A stretch of DNA of 64,000 nucleotides from a virus: positions 1 to 64,000 of IMG/VR virus record IMGVR_UViG_3300046787_000206. One strand, given 5' to 3'. Position 1 is the stretch's first letter, and the number at the start of each line of letters is the position of its first letter. Position numbers and translations under genes: made by a program. The notes beneath the pieces are model-generated. The model saw only the letters and a program-made list of their open reading frames with translations. It had not been told where the DNA came from and ran no database searches. Positions 52,395 through 62,091 of the stretch are shown here, piece after piece.

Positions 52395-54398
52395 TTGACT
52401 AGGTATAGTAATGCCAATTATCAGGAAGCTTACTATGGAGATAATTCTTCAAAGCTAACTAACTCCGTAGAGCCACTTTACTCAGTAGCTACCAGCTACT
52501 CTTCTGTTAGCTTGTCTTGGTCTTCTCCTAAGGGAGCTAATACAGAGTTTATTGCTTTGAGACTAGTTCGAAATCAAGACGCATACCCAGAGACCGAGGA
52601 AGACGGTGCAATCATCTGGAGCTGGAGAGGCGAAGTAAGTCTCGACACTTCATTTGAAGACGGTGTTCAGTACAATGAGATTCCGCTATCAGCTGGCCGT
52701 TACGTGTACTACACCATGTGGCTACAGAAGATGGATAGCTCTTGGGCTGAGGCTGGAACATCATTTACTCTTTTGCCAAAAGCTCACGGAACCGCAGGCG
52801 CTCCAGGAGAGCAGCTACTAACTACGCACGACAAATTCATGGACCTTCTTCCTCGTATGTACACTTCAGCGAGCCAGAGCCCACTAGATGAGGTAGATAC
52901 TGAATCTACTCTTTACAAGTTCTTGTCTGCCATGTCGTTTACGATGGATGAGCACCTTACCTTCATCGACCTGCTACTACCAGACGCATCTGGTCGCTAT
53001 TCAAACCCAGGACTTCTAGTAGCTCAAGCAGACCAGTTCGGCATTACTCAGAGCACCTCACAGGTGTCTAAGAGTGAGAAGCGAATGGTTCGTGAAGCCC
53101 TTTACACTTACAGCCGAAAAGGCACTCTAAAGTCGCTAAGTACTTTAGTAGAGAGTGTTACTGGATTTGCTCCAACAATTACGTTGAGCCCAAACCTTAT
53201 TCTGACTAATCAGGACAGCACGTTCCACGGAAGCACTGGTTCTTGGCTGGCTGTGGGTGACTGCGTCATTTCTCACACAAATACCGTGTACCCACCGACT
53301 ACTGAATCTCTTGCTATCGACATGAACTACACAGGCAAAGTAGTAGTAGCTACAGCTGGTGCAAAGATTGTAAATGGAGAGTTCTCTCCTACCCACTACG
53401 GTGTACCTGTACAGCCTGAGACTGAGTACTCATTCACTGGTTACGTGCAGAAAAGCACTACTTCTGGAAATGTCACGCTAGCCATTAAGTGGCACGATTT
53501 TAATGGAGCAGTCATCAGCACGTCTGCTGGCACCGCAAGTTCAGCAACCACTTCGTGGTCAAAAAAGACGGTTACAGCAACCTCTCCTGTAGGAGCTGTT
53601 TATGCCAGTATCTCGATTACGTTTGCTGCTGCTGGAACTTACTACCTAGACATGCTACAGCTTGCTGTGTCCTCTGTCCTTGAGTTTAATGAAGCTCGTG
53701 GAGTTCGAATTTTCTTGAACCCTAAGAAGTCTAACTACCTAGAAAACCCGTCGTTCTTCCCTACAGTTGACACCGATGATACCGACTGGATGCTCAACGG
53801 AGTTGCTCCTGTATCAGGCAATTTTGTAACTCCTACGACGCTCACTGGAATCTACGATGGCTCTCACATGCTTGAGTTTACCATCCCTAACTCACTTACT
53901 TCTCATAGTGAGCCAGGGATGCAGCCAGCTTTTTACACGTTCTCTATTTATGCGAAGGCGTCTGGACCTCGACCATTCGCAGTCACTTTGTCTGCACTAG
54001 ATGCTACTACTGCAGCGGTTCTAGCCACTAAGACTGAAACAGTGACTGTGACCACATCATGGGAACGGTACCAAGTTACCCTCGATGCTTCTTCAGTTCC
54101 TGCTGGATTTAAGATGTCGGTAGAGTTCAACAATACTTGGAGTTCGTCTGCAACGATTAACGTAGATGCTGCTCAGCTAGAGCAGTCTTACTCCGCAACA
54201 GACTACTTCGACGGAAACATCGCTACTGCTGGAGCTGTGTGGGAAGGTCTTGAGGACGACTCTCCCTCTCACCTTTACCCAGGAAAGACTGTAAAGATTC
54301 CTCGTCTGGTACGAGAGGTCTACAACAGCCTCCCAATTAATACTCCATATTCAATTGAATTGTACGGTTCAGAACCTGCGATTGGATTTACGAAGTAA
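52395..54398 (+). CDS. Baseplate/tail protein (P2 I-like core plus carbohydrate-binding-like domains)
   Basis: LLPRMY, YSRKGT, DAAQLE...TDYFDG. Confidence 0.7.
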   Translation: MTRYSNANYQEAYYGDNSSKLTNSVEPLYSVATSYSSVSLSWSSPKGANTEFIALRLVRNQDAYPETEEDGAIIWSWRGEVSLDTSFEDGVQYNEIPLSAGRYVYYTMWLQKMDSSWAEAGTSFTLLPKAHGTAGAPGEQLLTTHDKFMDLLPRMYTSASQSPLDEVDTESTLYKFLSAMSFTMDEHLTFIDLLLPDASGRYSNPGLLVAQADQFGITQSTSQVSKSEKRMVREALYTYSRKGTLKSLSTLVESVTGFAPTITLSPNLILTNQDSTFHGSTGSWLAVGDCVISHTNTVYPPTTESLAIDMNYTGKVVVATAGAKIVNGEFSPTHYGVPVQPETEYSFTGYVQKSTTSGNVTLAIKWHDFNGAVISTSAGTASSATTSWSKKTVTATSPVGAVYASISITFAAAGTYYLDMLQLAVSSVLEFNEARGVRIFLNPKKSNYLENPSFFPTVDTDDTDWMLNGVAPVSGNFVTPTTLTGIYDGSHMLEFTIPNSLTSHSEPGMQPAFYTFSIYAKASGPRPFAVTLSALDATTAAVLATKTETVTVTTSWERYQVTLDASSVPAGFKMSVEFNNTWSSSATINVDAAQLEQSYSATDYFDGNIATAGAVWEGLEDDSPSHLYPGKTVKIPRLVREVYNSLPINTPYSIELYGSEPAIGFTK

Positions 54399-54407
54399 AC
54401 TGTCCCT

Positions 54408-54677
54408 ATGGACACATTAATCGACATCATTATTTCGGGAATCGCTGTCAGCTTCATTGTTGAGTACCTAATCATGGTAACTGGCGGCCTATTCAATGCT
54501 CGAATCGTACGAGCAATTCTAACCCTACCCTTAAGCGCAATTGCCTGTTGGTATCTGGATATCTTCGGATTTGAGCTAATTGTTGCTGCGCCCGCTTCCG
54601 CTTTCCTATCTCTTGCTGCTACACTTCTTGTGAATCGACCTACAGAAGTTACGCAGGTCGTTTCACGACGACGATAG
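54408..54677 (+). CDS. Small multi-TM membrane protein
   Basis: Three hydrophobic segments; leaderless TAAACT box. Confidence 0.7.
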   Translation: MDTLIDIIISGIAVSFIVEYLIMVTGGLFNARIVRAILTLPLSAIACWYLDIFGFELIVAAPASAFLSLAATLLVNRPTEVTQVVSRRR

Positions 54678-54684
54678 AGGGCAA

Positions 54685-55704
54685 ATGCAAGTTCCAGAAG
54701 AGGTGTTAGACAAAGGTCTGACACCTAGGCAGTATTTCCTGCTCGCTCACCTATACCGCAACGTTGACCGTTGGGGTGAAGTTCACCTAACTTCAGAAGA
54801 GCTAGAGCAGTTGACTAACACTAGTCGCACGACCGTTTGGCGTGACATGACTGTTCTGGAAGACCTTGGTTTGGTAGACACTTATCGCACTAAACGAAAC
54901 TACGGCAAGCTACACAAGAACGTGTATAAGCTAATCTCACCATGTTTCCAGCCAGAAACATTGCCCGAAGAACCATGTTTCACACCAGAAACATCGGAGC
55001 CTGAGGGTAAATCTCTATGTTTCCCGCCAGAAACATCAACAGCTGACCAAGGTAGTCATAAGCTATTAACTACTACTACAGTTAAAGAATTAAATACTTC
55101 GTATTTAATTTACACCGACGCCCCTGGCGTCGTTGTCAAAAAGAAATCTAGGAGGGAGAATAAACCTATGAACAAATGGCAAGACGATGATGACATCGGC
55201 GGATTCGGACTACTGGAGGGTGAAGTTCCTGCAGCACAGCGCCAGAAGCCTGTGAGCAAGAGGGACCCTAGGACTCGTGTAAACCGTCCACAGCATGAAT
55301 GGACTGCACAGGATGTAGCCTCAGAGTTTGCTGCACGGATGTACGACAAGGTCCGTGGAGTACCGAACCTGGTGAACGTTGGAAAGTTGGCAATCATCAT
55401 TGCCAGCTATCGCAAAAAGTATGGGCTAACTCCGTTGCTGGAACTGGACGTCTTGGACATGATGATGTCTGACGACCGCCGTATCGGAAGCATCAAGAAG
55501 CAGCCAACGGACGCTTACAAGATGTTTTTGAAGATGCTCGCAACCCACAACCAGAAGGCCGTTCAGAATCTCGGGCTAGAGAATCTTGACTCACCGACCG
55601 TAGACGAGTATGTTTATGCTTCAGACGGAAAACGTTTCGATAACTCGATGTTTGGTCGCAAGGCCATGAAGAGTTACGAAGAACAACTAGGGACAAACGC
55701 ATGA
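54685..55704 (+). CDS. HTH replication initiator-like protein
   Basis: N-terminal wHTH (SRTTVWRDMTVLEDLGLV); precedes DnaC-like ATPase; contains iterons. Confidence 0.7.
   Translation: MQVPEEVLDKGLTPRQYFLLAHLYRNVDRWGEVHLTSEELEQLTNTSRTTVWRDMTVLEDLGLVDTYRTKRNYGKLHKNVYKLISPCFQPETLPEEPCFTPETSEPEGKSLCFPPETSTADQGSHKLLTTTTVKELNTSYLIYTDAPGVVVKKKSRRENKPMNKWQDDDDIGGFGLLEGEVPAAQRQKPVSKRDPRTRVNRPQHEWTAQDVASEFAARMYDKVRGVPNLVNVGKLAIIIASYRKKYGLTPLLELDVLDMMMSDDRRIGSIKKQPTDAYKMFLKMLATHNQKAVQNLGLENLDSPTVDEYVYASDGKRFDNSMFGRKAMKSYEEQLGTNA
54942..55110. repeat. Putative replication origin: three palindromic iterons plus AT-rich inverted repeat
   Basis: ATGTTTC-N6-GAAACAT at 54942, 54975, 55017; AATTAAATAC-TTC-GTATTTAATT at 55088-55110. 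Confidence 0.7.
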
Positions 55705-56426
55705 CTTACAAACTAGAAGGGCTGACGCCAATCAAGCGTCACTGGCTATCAGCCAACTCCAACATCCCTCACCGCTTCCTGGGCCTAGAGCCTAGCGACA
55801 TCGCAGAGGACGTTGGCTCGTTCCCACCAGAGATTAACTACTGGCTAGACACAGTGCTGTCTGGCAAGGTAATTAAGAACCAGGGCGGGCTGGGCACCAC
55901 AGGCGTAGGTCTGCTCTTCGCAGGACAACCAGGCCTAGGCAAGACAACCCACGCTGTAACGACGCTCATGGAGCTCGTACGCCGTCTGCCAGACAACGCC
56001 AAGGAGATGGCAAACATCTTCAAGTACAGCCTTGAGGACCTCAGCCTAAACGCTCGACCAATCTACTACTTGACTTACCCAGAGTTCCTGAGTCTTAAGA
56101 AGTCTCAATTCGACGCTGACGAGGATACCAAGCGCAAGCTGTTCCTTCAGGTCGAAGGTCTCCATGGGCGTGCCACAGAGGACCGAATGAATGTCCGTGT
56201 GTTGGTTCTAGACGACCTAGGAAAAGAGCACACATCAGACTTTAATGACGCTTCATTTGACGAGGTGCTGCGAGCACGATACGATAAAGGCTTACCGACA
56301 ATTATCACGACTAACAAGAATCGTGATTCATGGGCAGGGCAATACGGTAAGGCTATGGGGAGTTTCGTATACGAAGCGTTCCAAAGTGTGTCTATTATTG
56401 GAGAGGATTTGAGGACGGGCAAATGA
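55701..56426 (+). CDS. dnaC: DnaC/IstB-like ATPase (helicase loader)
   Basis: GQPGLGKT, LVLDDLGKE, RY...LPTIITTN. Confidence 0.88.
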   Translation: MTYKLEGLTPIKRHWLSANSNIPHRFLGLEPSDIAEDVGSFPPEINYWLDTVLSGKVIKNQGGLGTTGVGLLFAGQPGLGKTTHAVTTLMELVRRLPDNAKEMANIFKYSLEDLSLNARPIYYLTYPEFLSLKKSQFDADEDTKRKLFLQVEGLHGRATEDRMNVRVLVLDDLGKEHTSDFNDASFDEVLRARYDKGLPTIITTNKNRDSWAGQYGKAMGSFVYEAFQSVSIIGEDLRTGK

Positions 56427-56731
56427 AAGGTTTAGACATGGATATTAAGTGGCGTACAGTGCAATTCTTTATGTCATTGGAAGGCATCTCAGAAGTTGAG
56501 GTAGACGCAGACAACCCACAGAAGGTTCGCTGCTCCTGCACTCAGTTCAACAACTCAGGTCGCTGCAAGCACAGCAAGTTCATCAAGAAGCAGATGGATG
56601 AGAATGATGGTCACTACAACATTCAAATTCCAGCTAACGTTACTGACGAAGAGGCAATCGCAGCAATCGGTAGCCCAGAGGCATTCCGCAGTTTCATCTT
56701 GAAGTACGCCAAGGTAGAAGTAATTGATTAA
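56423..56731 (+). CDS. SWIM zinc-finger protein
   Basis: CSC..F.....CKH. Confidence 0.8.
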   Translation: MKGLDMDIKWRTVQFFMSLEGISEVEVDADNPQKVRCSCTQFNNSGRCKHSKFIKKQMDENDGHYNIQIPANVTDEEAIAAIGSPEAFRSFILKYAKVEVID

Positions 56732-57140
56732 TGGAGACATCTCTAACGAGACCCCTCCACGCATCATTGTAGTAATTGACGTTGTAGTTCAGGCAGAGGT
56801 CGAAGAGACAAAGAAGCTTCTTCGCTCTGTGTCTGAACGCAAAGTCTCAAAACTTAAGAACGCACAGCTATCTCATCTGTGGAACCTATCTTTCAAGTAT
56901 GGGCTTTCGGTGGAACTGGCTGCTTTCCAGAGCGAACTTTGGACGCAGACCCACCTAGATAACTTGATGGATAAGTTAGACCGTCGAGGGGGAAATCCCT
57001 TCAACTACGCAGAGCTGTACAATGACATCGAAGATTTCATTGGAGAATTGCCTTATAGGACAAACCTAAAAGGCGTGGTAGATTTACGAGAACGGGTAGC
57101 ACGTTACGGTTCCTGGGGAATCGAACTAGACAACCTATAA
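56724..57140 (+). CDS. Hypothetical protein
   Basis: 138 aa ORF in replication operon. Confidence 0.7.
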   Translation: MINGDISNETPPRIIVVIDVVVQAEVEETKKLLRSVSERKVSKLKNAQLSHLWNLSFKYGLSVELAAFQSELWTQTHLDNLMDKLDRRGGNPFNYAELYNDIEDFIGELPYRTNLKGVVDLRERVARYGSWGIELDNL

Positions 57141-57155
57141 AGATTAGAGGGCATC

Positions 57156-58439
57156 ATGGCAGCGGACAACGAGTACCGTTTAGTCAGTAAGGTCATTAGC
57201 GACCGCAACATCATTCCTGTGCTTGAGCGAGGAATTAAGGACGACTGGATTGTAGACGACGACTTGCGTCGTATCTGGAAGTTCGTTCGTGAGCACTACG
57301 TAAACTACCGTGAAGTTCCTACGGCAGTTACTGTTAGCGACCACTTCCCTAACTTTAAAGTCCTTAAGGTCGAAGACACAATCGACTACCTTATCGACAC
57401 TATGGTTGCCTTCCGCCGTAACCTACTCACTCGTAATGGTGTACAAGATGTTGTACAAATCATGGCGAAGAACGACCACGAGGCAGCCCTGCTCGAACTG
57501 AGCAAGATTGTCACCGTAGTCAATGACCAAGGTGTCATCGGCACTACCCACCTAGATGTTACCCAGGACCCAGATAAGTTCTGGGAGGACTACACCAGCA
57601 TCCAGAATCACAAGCTTCTGGGGGTACCTACAGGTTTCAAGAACATCGATGAGGCAACAGCTGGTCTGCAAGGCGGACAGCTAATCACAGTGATTGCTCC
57701 ACCTAAGACTGGTAAGTCGCAGATTAGCCTCCGCATTGCTGCCAACTGTCACGAAGCAGGAATGGTGCCAATGTTCCAGTCCTTCGAAATGAATAACCAC
57801 GAACAGTCTCAGCGCTATCTATCCATGACTGCGCACATTTCTAGCAACAACTTGCGTCGTGGAAAACTAGACAAAGAAGAAGAGCGCCGTCTAAAGGACC
57901 GCATCGAAGACCTGAAGGAAGAACAGCCTTTCCACTTCGTGGACGCAGTCAACGGTCTGACTATTGACTCTCTAATGGCTAAGGCAGAGCAGCTAAAGCC
58001 AGACGTACTATTCGTTGATGGTGTGTACCTTATGTTGGACCAGGTTACTGGTGAGGCCAACACCCCGCAGGCTCTGACTAACATTACTCGTGGCTTGAAG
58101 CGTGTCGCACAGCGCCTGAACATCCCTGTAATTATTTCTACCCAGACTCTCCTATGGAAGATGAAGGGCGGAAAGGTTTCTGCTGACTCAATCGGTTACT
58201 CATCATCATTCTTCCAGGACTCAGACGTAATCCTAGGGCTAGAGCCAGTAGAAGAAGACCCTAGTGTTCGTCTGCTTAAGGTAGTTCAGGCACGTAACTG
58301 CGGTCCAGCAGAGGCTCCATTGACTTGGAACTGGGACACTGGTTGCTTCCACGATGAGCCAGACCCAATCACTGGCGCTGGAACTTGTACTTTCTGCAGC
58401 CCTGCCACTGCTTCATTCCCGAATGCGCCACGTCTATGA
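57156..58439 (+). CDS. dnaB: DnaB-like replicative helicase
   Basis: GVPTGF, APPKTGKS, SFEM, LFVDG, QDSDVILG. Confidence 0.93.
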   Translation: MAADNEYRLVSKVISDRNIIPVLERGIKDDWIVDDDLRRIWKFVREHYVNYREVPTAVTVSDHFPNFKVLKVEDTIDYLIDTMVAFRRNLLTRNGVQDVVQIMAKNDHEAALLELSKIVTVVNDQGVIGTTHLDVTQDPDKFWEDYTSIQNHKLLGVPTGFKNIDEATAGLQGGQLITVIAPPKTGKSQISLRIAANCHEAGMVPMFQSFEMNNHEQSQRYLSMTAHISSNNLRRGKLDKEEERRLKDRIEDLKEEQPFHFVDAVNGLTIDSLMAKAEQLKPDVLFVDGVYLMLDQVTGEANTPQALTNITRGLKRVAQRLNIPVIISTQTLLWKMKGGKVSADSIGYSSSFFQDSDVILGLEPVEEDPSVRLLKVVQARNCGPAEAPLTWNWDTGCFHDEPDPITGAGTCTFCSPATASFPNAPRL

Positions 58440-59425
58440 TGATTGATGTCCTAGAGGTCATTGAAGCACTTGGCCTAGATTACTCGGAACACGGTCACGA
58501 GGCTAACGCCCTATGCCCACAGCACTTGCAGCGAACAGGTAAGTCTGACAACTCACCGTCTTGGTGGATTAACCTCGACACGGGACAGCACATCTGTTTC
58601 TCTTGTGGGTACAAGGGCAACATTCTACAACTAGTCTGTGACATTAATGAGTTCTACCTAAAGAACTGGGGAGACACCTACTCCTACGACTACGCTACTG
58701 CGGAGACCTGGCTAGGCAATGTATCCCAGATTCCTATGGAGCAGCTAGAGGAGATGCTGTCAAAGCTTCCTTCTTACGTAGGGGCTGTGCCGAAGCCACT
58801 AGATATGTCGGAGTCACGCCTTGCTGTTTTTGTGGAGCCACCTCAGTCTGCTCTTGACGCAAGAAACCTGACCCCAGAAGCTTCGGCAGAGTACAGCCTT
58901 TTGTGGGACGCCCCTAAGTCCACATGGATTCTTCCGCTTCGTGAGCCTCACTTCAACCGACTAATGGGATGGCAGGAGAAGGGGACTGTGCACCGCACTT
59001 TCTTTAATCGCCCACCAGGACTCCAGAAGTCAAAAACCCTATTTGGAATCGAGAACCAAAATGAGCATCTGGCTATTGTTGTTGAATCTCCTCTTGATTG
59101 TGTTCGTATTGCTTCCGCTGGTATTCATGGCGCTGTGGCTACTTGCGGCGCATCTCCTTCTGAGGAGCAAATCAAGCTCCTCCGATACTCGCAGAAGATT
59201 GTAGTAGCGTTCGACAACCCAGCAATCGATAAAGCAGGAGAAAAAGCCTGTAAAGCAATGCTAGACTGGGGACGTAAATACGGTCTTAATCTCTTCTACT
59301 TCAACTATGGTAGTAGTAGTAAAAAAGACCCAGGAGACATGACTGATGAAGAGATTCTCTGGGGTATTGAGAATGCCAAACCATCAGTACTTGGAGAACT
59401 AGCCTATGTTCAAGGGAACGCTTAA
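58436..59425 (+). CDS. dnaG: DNA primase (CHC2 zinc finger plus TOPRIM)
   Basis: CPQH...CFSC; VVESPLD, AFDN, KDPGD; start set at ATGA overlap. Confidence 0.9.
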   Translation: MMIDVLEVIEALGLDYSEHGHEANALCPQHLQRTGKSDNSPSWWINLDTGQHICFSCGYKGNILQLVCDINEFYLKNWGDTYSYDYATAETWLGNVSQIPMEQLEEMLSKLPSYVGAVPKPLDMSESRLAVFVEPPQSALDARNLTPEASAEYSLLWDAPKSTWILPLREPHFNRLMGWQEKGTVHRTFFNRPPGLQKSKTLFGIENQNEHLAIVVESPLDCVRIASAGIHGAVATCGASPSEEQIKLLRYSQKIVVAFDNPAIDKAGEKACKAMLDWGRKYGLNLFYFNYGSSSKKDPGDMTDEEILWGIENAKPSVLGELAYVQGNA

Positions 59426-60974
59426 GCCTTATCAGGTCGAAGCCGTCGAAAAGATGGTGGAGAAAAAGAGCATTCTCGTAGCATACGAGATGGGTCTAGG
59501 TAAGACTCCTATGACAATCGCTGCCGTAGAGGCTTTGCGAGATGCGGGCCAGACTAACGGAACCACGCTAGTGCTTTGTCTTGCCAGCCTTAAGTACCAA
59601 TGGCAAAAAGAAATCCTGAAGTTCAGCGACTCTACTGTAGAGGTCATCGACGGCACCAAAGCTCAGCGAGCTAAGCAATACGATGAGTGGGATACTTTCG
59701 ATTATGTAGTTATGAACTACGAGCAGGTTGTCAACGACTGGGAGATTATCAAGGCCAAGCATCCTGTCGCCATCATCTGTGACGAGGCTACAGCTATTAA
59801 GGGGTTCAAGGCTAAGCGAGCAAAGAAGGTAAAGGAGCTCGCTAAAAGTATTCCCATTAGGTTTGCTCTAACAGGAACCCCAATCGAGAACGGTAAGCCT
59901 GAAGAGGTGTTCTCCATCATGCAGTTTGTTAATCCTAAAGTACTTGGCCGCTTTGACTTGTTCGATAAGGCGTTCATCGTTCGCAATCACTTCGGTGGAG
60001 TACAGCGATACAGGAACATCCCCACCTTACACAAAGCTCTGATGGATTACACGGTCCGTAAGTCTCAGAAAGATGAGGATGTAAAGCCCTATCTACCAGA
60101 CGCTGTTTATCGTGAGCCGCTCATCATCAGCTTGGATTCGAAGTCCCAGCGTCTATACAACCAGATTGCTCTAGACCTTCAAGAGCTTCTATCAGAAGCC
60201 AGCGAAGCATTTGGAAGTAACTTCAATCTTGCTGCACACTACGGTCAGACCTATGACCCAGGCGACCCAGCCAACCAGATGCGTGGAGAAATTATGTCTC
60301 GCATCTCCGCATTGCGTATGTTGTGCTCAGGTCCAAACCTGTTGAAAATTAGTCACGACCTATTTGAGGGTCACACAGGTAAAGGCAGTGCGTACATACA
60401 CTCTCTAGGAGAGCTAGTGGAGGACGTCACTAAGAACCCTAAACGAGACGCTTTAATCTCGTATCTATCTGACCATTTAGGCATCGACGAATCCTACAAA
60501 GCTGTAGTATTTTCTTCCTACTTAACATCGGTCTACGACATTGTTTCCGAGCTCGCTGCCAAAGGCATCGAAGCGGTTGCATATACAGGAGAAATGAATG
60601 CTAAACAAAAAGAAGAAGCCAAAGTCAAATTTCAGACTACAGCTGCTTGTAGGGTACTTGTTAGTAGTGATGCTGGTGGATACGGTGTGGACCTTCCTCA
60701 AGCAAACTTGCTTGTCAATTATGACCAGCCTTGGTCTTCTGGCCTCGCTGTCCAGCGAAACGGACGAATCAACCGTACGTCGTCCACGTGGGAAACAATA
60801 ACCGTACAAGACATCCTTGTAAAAAATTCCATTGAACAGCGTCAGTATGATATGCTCAAGCAAAAGGGCAACGTTGCAGGAGCAATTCTCGACGGCGCTA
60901 ACATTAATGAAAAAGGTGGAGTAGACTTAACAGTCGGAAGTCTAATGAACTTCCTCACCAATAAACTAATCTAG
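59406..60974 (+). CDS. SNF2-family helicase
   Basis: EMGLGKT, CDEA, LTGTPIEN, QRNGRINR. Confidence 0.93.
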   Translation: MFKGTLKPYQVEAVEKMVEKKSILVAYEMGLGKTPMTIAAVEALRDAGQTNGTTLVLCLASLKYQWQKEILKFSDSTVEVIDGTKAQRAKQYDEWDTFDYVVMNYEQVVNDWEIIKAKHPVAIICDEATAIKGFKAKRAKKVKELAKSIPIRFALTGTPIENGKPEEVFSIMQFVNPKVLGRFDLFDKAFIVRNHFGGVQRYRNIPTLHKALMDYTVRKSQKDEDVKPYLPDAVYREPLIISLDSKSQRLYNQIALDLQELLSEASEAFGSNFNLAAHYGQTYDPGDPANQMRGEIMSRISALRMLCSGPNLLKISHDLFEGHTGKGSAYIHSLGELVEDVTKNPKRDALISYLSDHLGIDESYKAVVFSSYLTSVYDIVSELAAKGIEAVAYTGEMNAKQKEEAKVKFQTTAACRVLVSSDAGGYGVDLPQANLLVNYDQPWSSGLAVQRNGRINRTSSTWETITVQDILVKNSIEQRQYDMLKQKGNVAGAILDGANINEKGGVDLTVGSLMNFLTNKLI

Positions 60975-60981
60975 GAGAGCA

Positions 60982-61110
60982 ATGGCTAAGGGAAAGGGCG
61001 GAGCACCAGCTCCTGCCAGCAAAAGCAACGACCGCCAAAATGGCAAGGCTTCTAAGAAGCACCCAAAAACTTTTGACGCTACCAAGCGTCGTCTAGTGAG
61101 CGTGAAATAA
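60982..61110 (+). CDS. Small basic protein (42 aa)
   Basis: AGGAG RBS; TAATG coupling. Confidence 0.6.
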   Translation: MAKGKGGAPAPASKSNDRQNGKASKKHPKTFDATKRRLVSVK

Positions 61111-61550
61111 TGGCAAACCGCATTGACGAAGAAATTAACGTAGCAGACCCTAACGACCCTGCAAGCCAGATTCGTGAGTATGTAAAGCTAAAGGCAACAG
61201 AGTCAGTTCTAAAGGCTCGTGCAGAAGAACTTCGTGTCACCATCTTTGCACGCATGGAAGAGGCTGGCTACGAAGATGACAAAGGCAACATTCAGCTAGA
61301 CCTAGACCAGCCAGTAGATGGTGTGGTTCGTCTTGAGAAGCAGCGCCGTGCTACCCGAAAGCTCAACGAGCCTAAGGCAGAAGAGATTCTTACAGCACTA
61401 GGTATTTACGATGAAGTATTCGTAATGAAGCCAGTGCTTGACGAAGACGCTCTAATGGCCGCATACTTTGAAAACAAGATTACTGAAGAGCAACTTGACG
61501 AGATGTTCCCAACCAATGTAGTCTGGGCACTACGAGTTCTTAAGAAGTAA
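61110..61550 (+). CDS. Hypothetical protein
   Basis: 146 aa ORF. Confidence 0.75.
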   Translation: MANRIDEEINVADPNDPASQIREYVKLKATESVLKARAEELRVTIFARMEEAGYEDDKGNIQLDLDQPVDGVVRLEKQRRATRKLNEPKAEEILTALGIYDEVFVMKPVLDEDALMAAYFENKITEEQLDEMFPTNVVWALRVLKK

Positions 61551-61552
61551 TC

Positions 61553-62038
61553 ATGGCAGGTATGCGAAGCGAAGACGAAATCCTCAAAGCCTTTGAGGGT
61601 CTAGACCGTGTACCTGGCTCGAAGCAACCACGTCGTCCGTCTACCGAAGAGGCAGACAAGCGCCGTGCAAAAGCCATGGGTGAGTCTAACGGATGGGATG
61701 CAAATCCAATCATCAAGACTCTCCGTGGGGTAGAGACCGAAGTGTTTACAATTGCCGCTCTTGCAGCTGCTCTTGAAAAGCAAGTCGTAACTATCCGACT
61801 CTGGGAAAAAAAGGGATATATCCCAATTGCTCCCTACCGTTTGCGTTCTAAGAGTCTTAATGGTAAAAAAGTAAATGGTAATCGTGTTTACACACGAGAG
61901 CTAATTGAAATTACCGTTGAAGAGTTCAACAGGCGTGGACTTTTAGGTTCTGCTCGTGTAGAGTGGAATCAGCTGGAGGACCTAACAGAAGTTCTAGTAA
62001 CTCGCTGGAAGGAAGCCCTGCAACCCCGAGAGCAGTAA
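61553..62038 (+). CDS. MerR-like HTH DNA-binding protein
   Basis: FTIAALA.....VTIRLWEKKGYIP...RVYT. Confidence 0.75.
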   Translation: MAGMRSEDEILKAFEGLDRVPGSKQPRRPSTEEADKRRAKAMGESNGWDANPIIKTLRGVETEVFTIAALAAALEKQVVTIRLWEKKGYIPIAPYRLRSKSLNGKKVNGNRVYTRELIEITVEEFNRRGLLGSARVEWNQLEDLTEVLVTRWKEALQPREQ

Positions 62039-62078
62039 TGCCTCATTACCGATAGAGAGCCGTAGGCCTCATTACCGA
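62028..62078 (+). promoter_or_regulatory. Tandem bulged-hairpin repeat upstream of SSB gene
   Basis: GAGAGCAGTAATGCCTCATTACCGA and GAGAGCCGTAGGCCTCATTACCGA. Confidence 0.6.
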
Positions 62079-62091
62079 AAGAAGATACACC

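Noticed and set aside
54942-55036. Mini-CRISPR interpretation of the palindromic repeats
   Set aside because: Repeats are 20 bp, spacers only 13 and 22 bp, in-frame within a CDS, no cas genes
12500-60974. Inteins or introns in terminase, DnaB, SNF2 helicase
   Set aside because: Normal lengths, uninterrupted frames, no splice motifs
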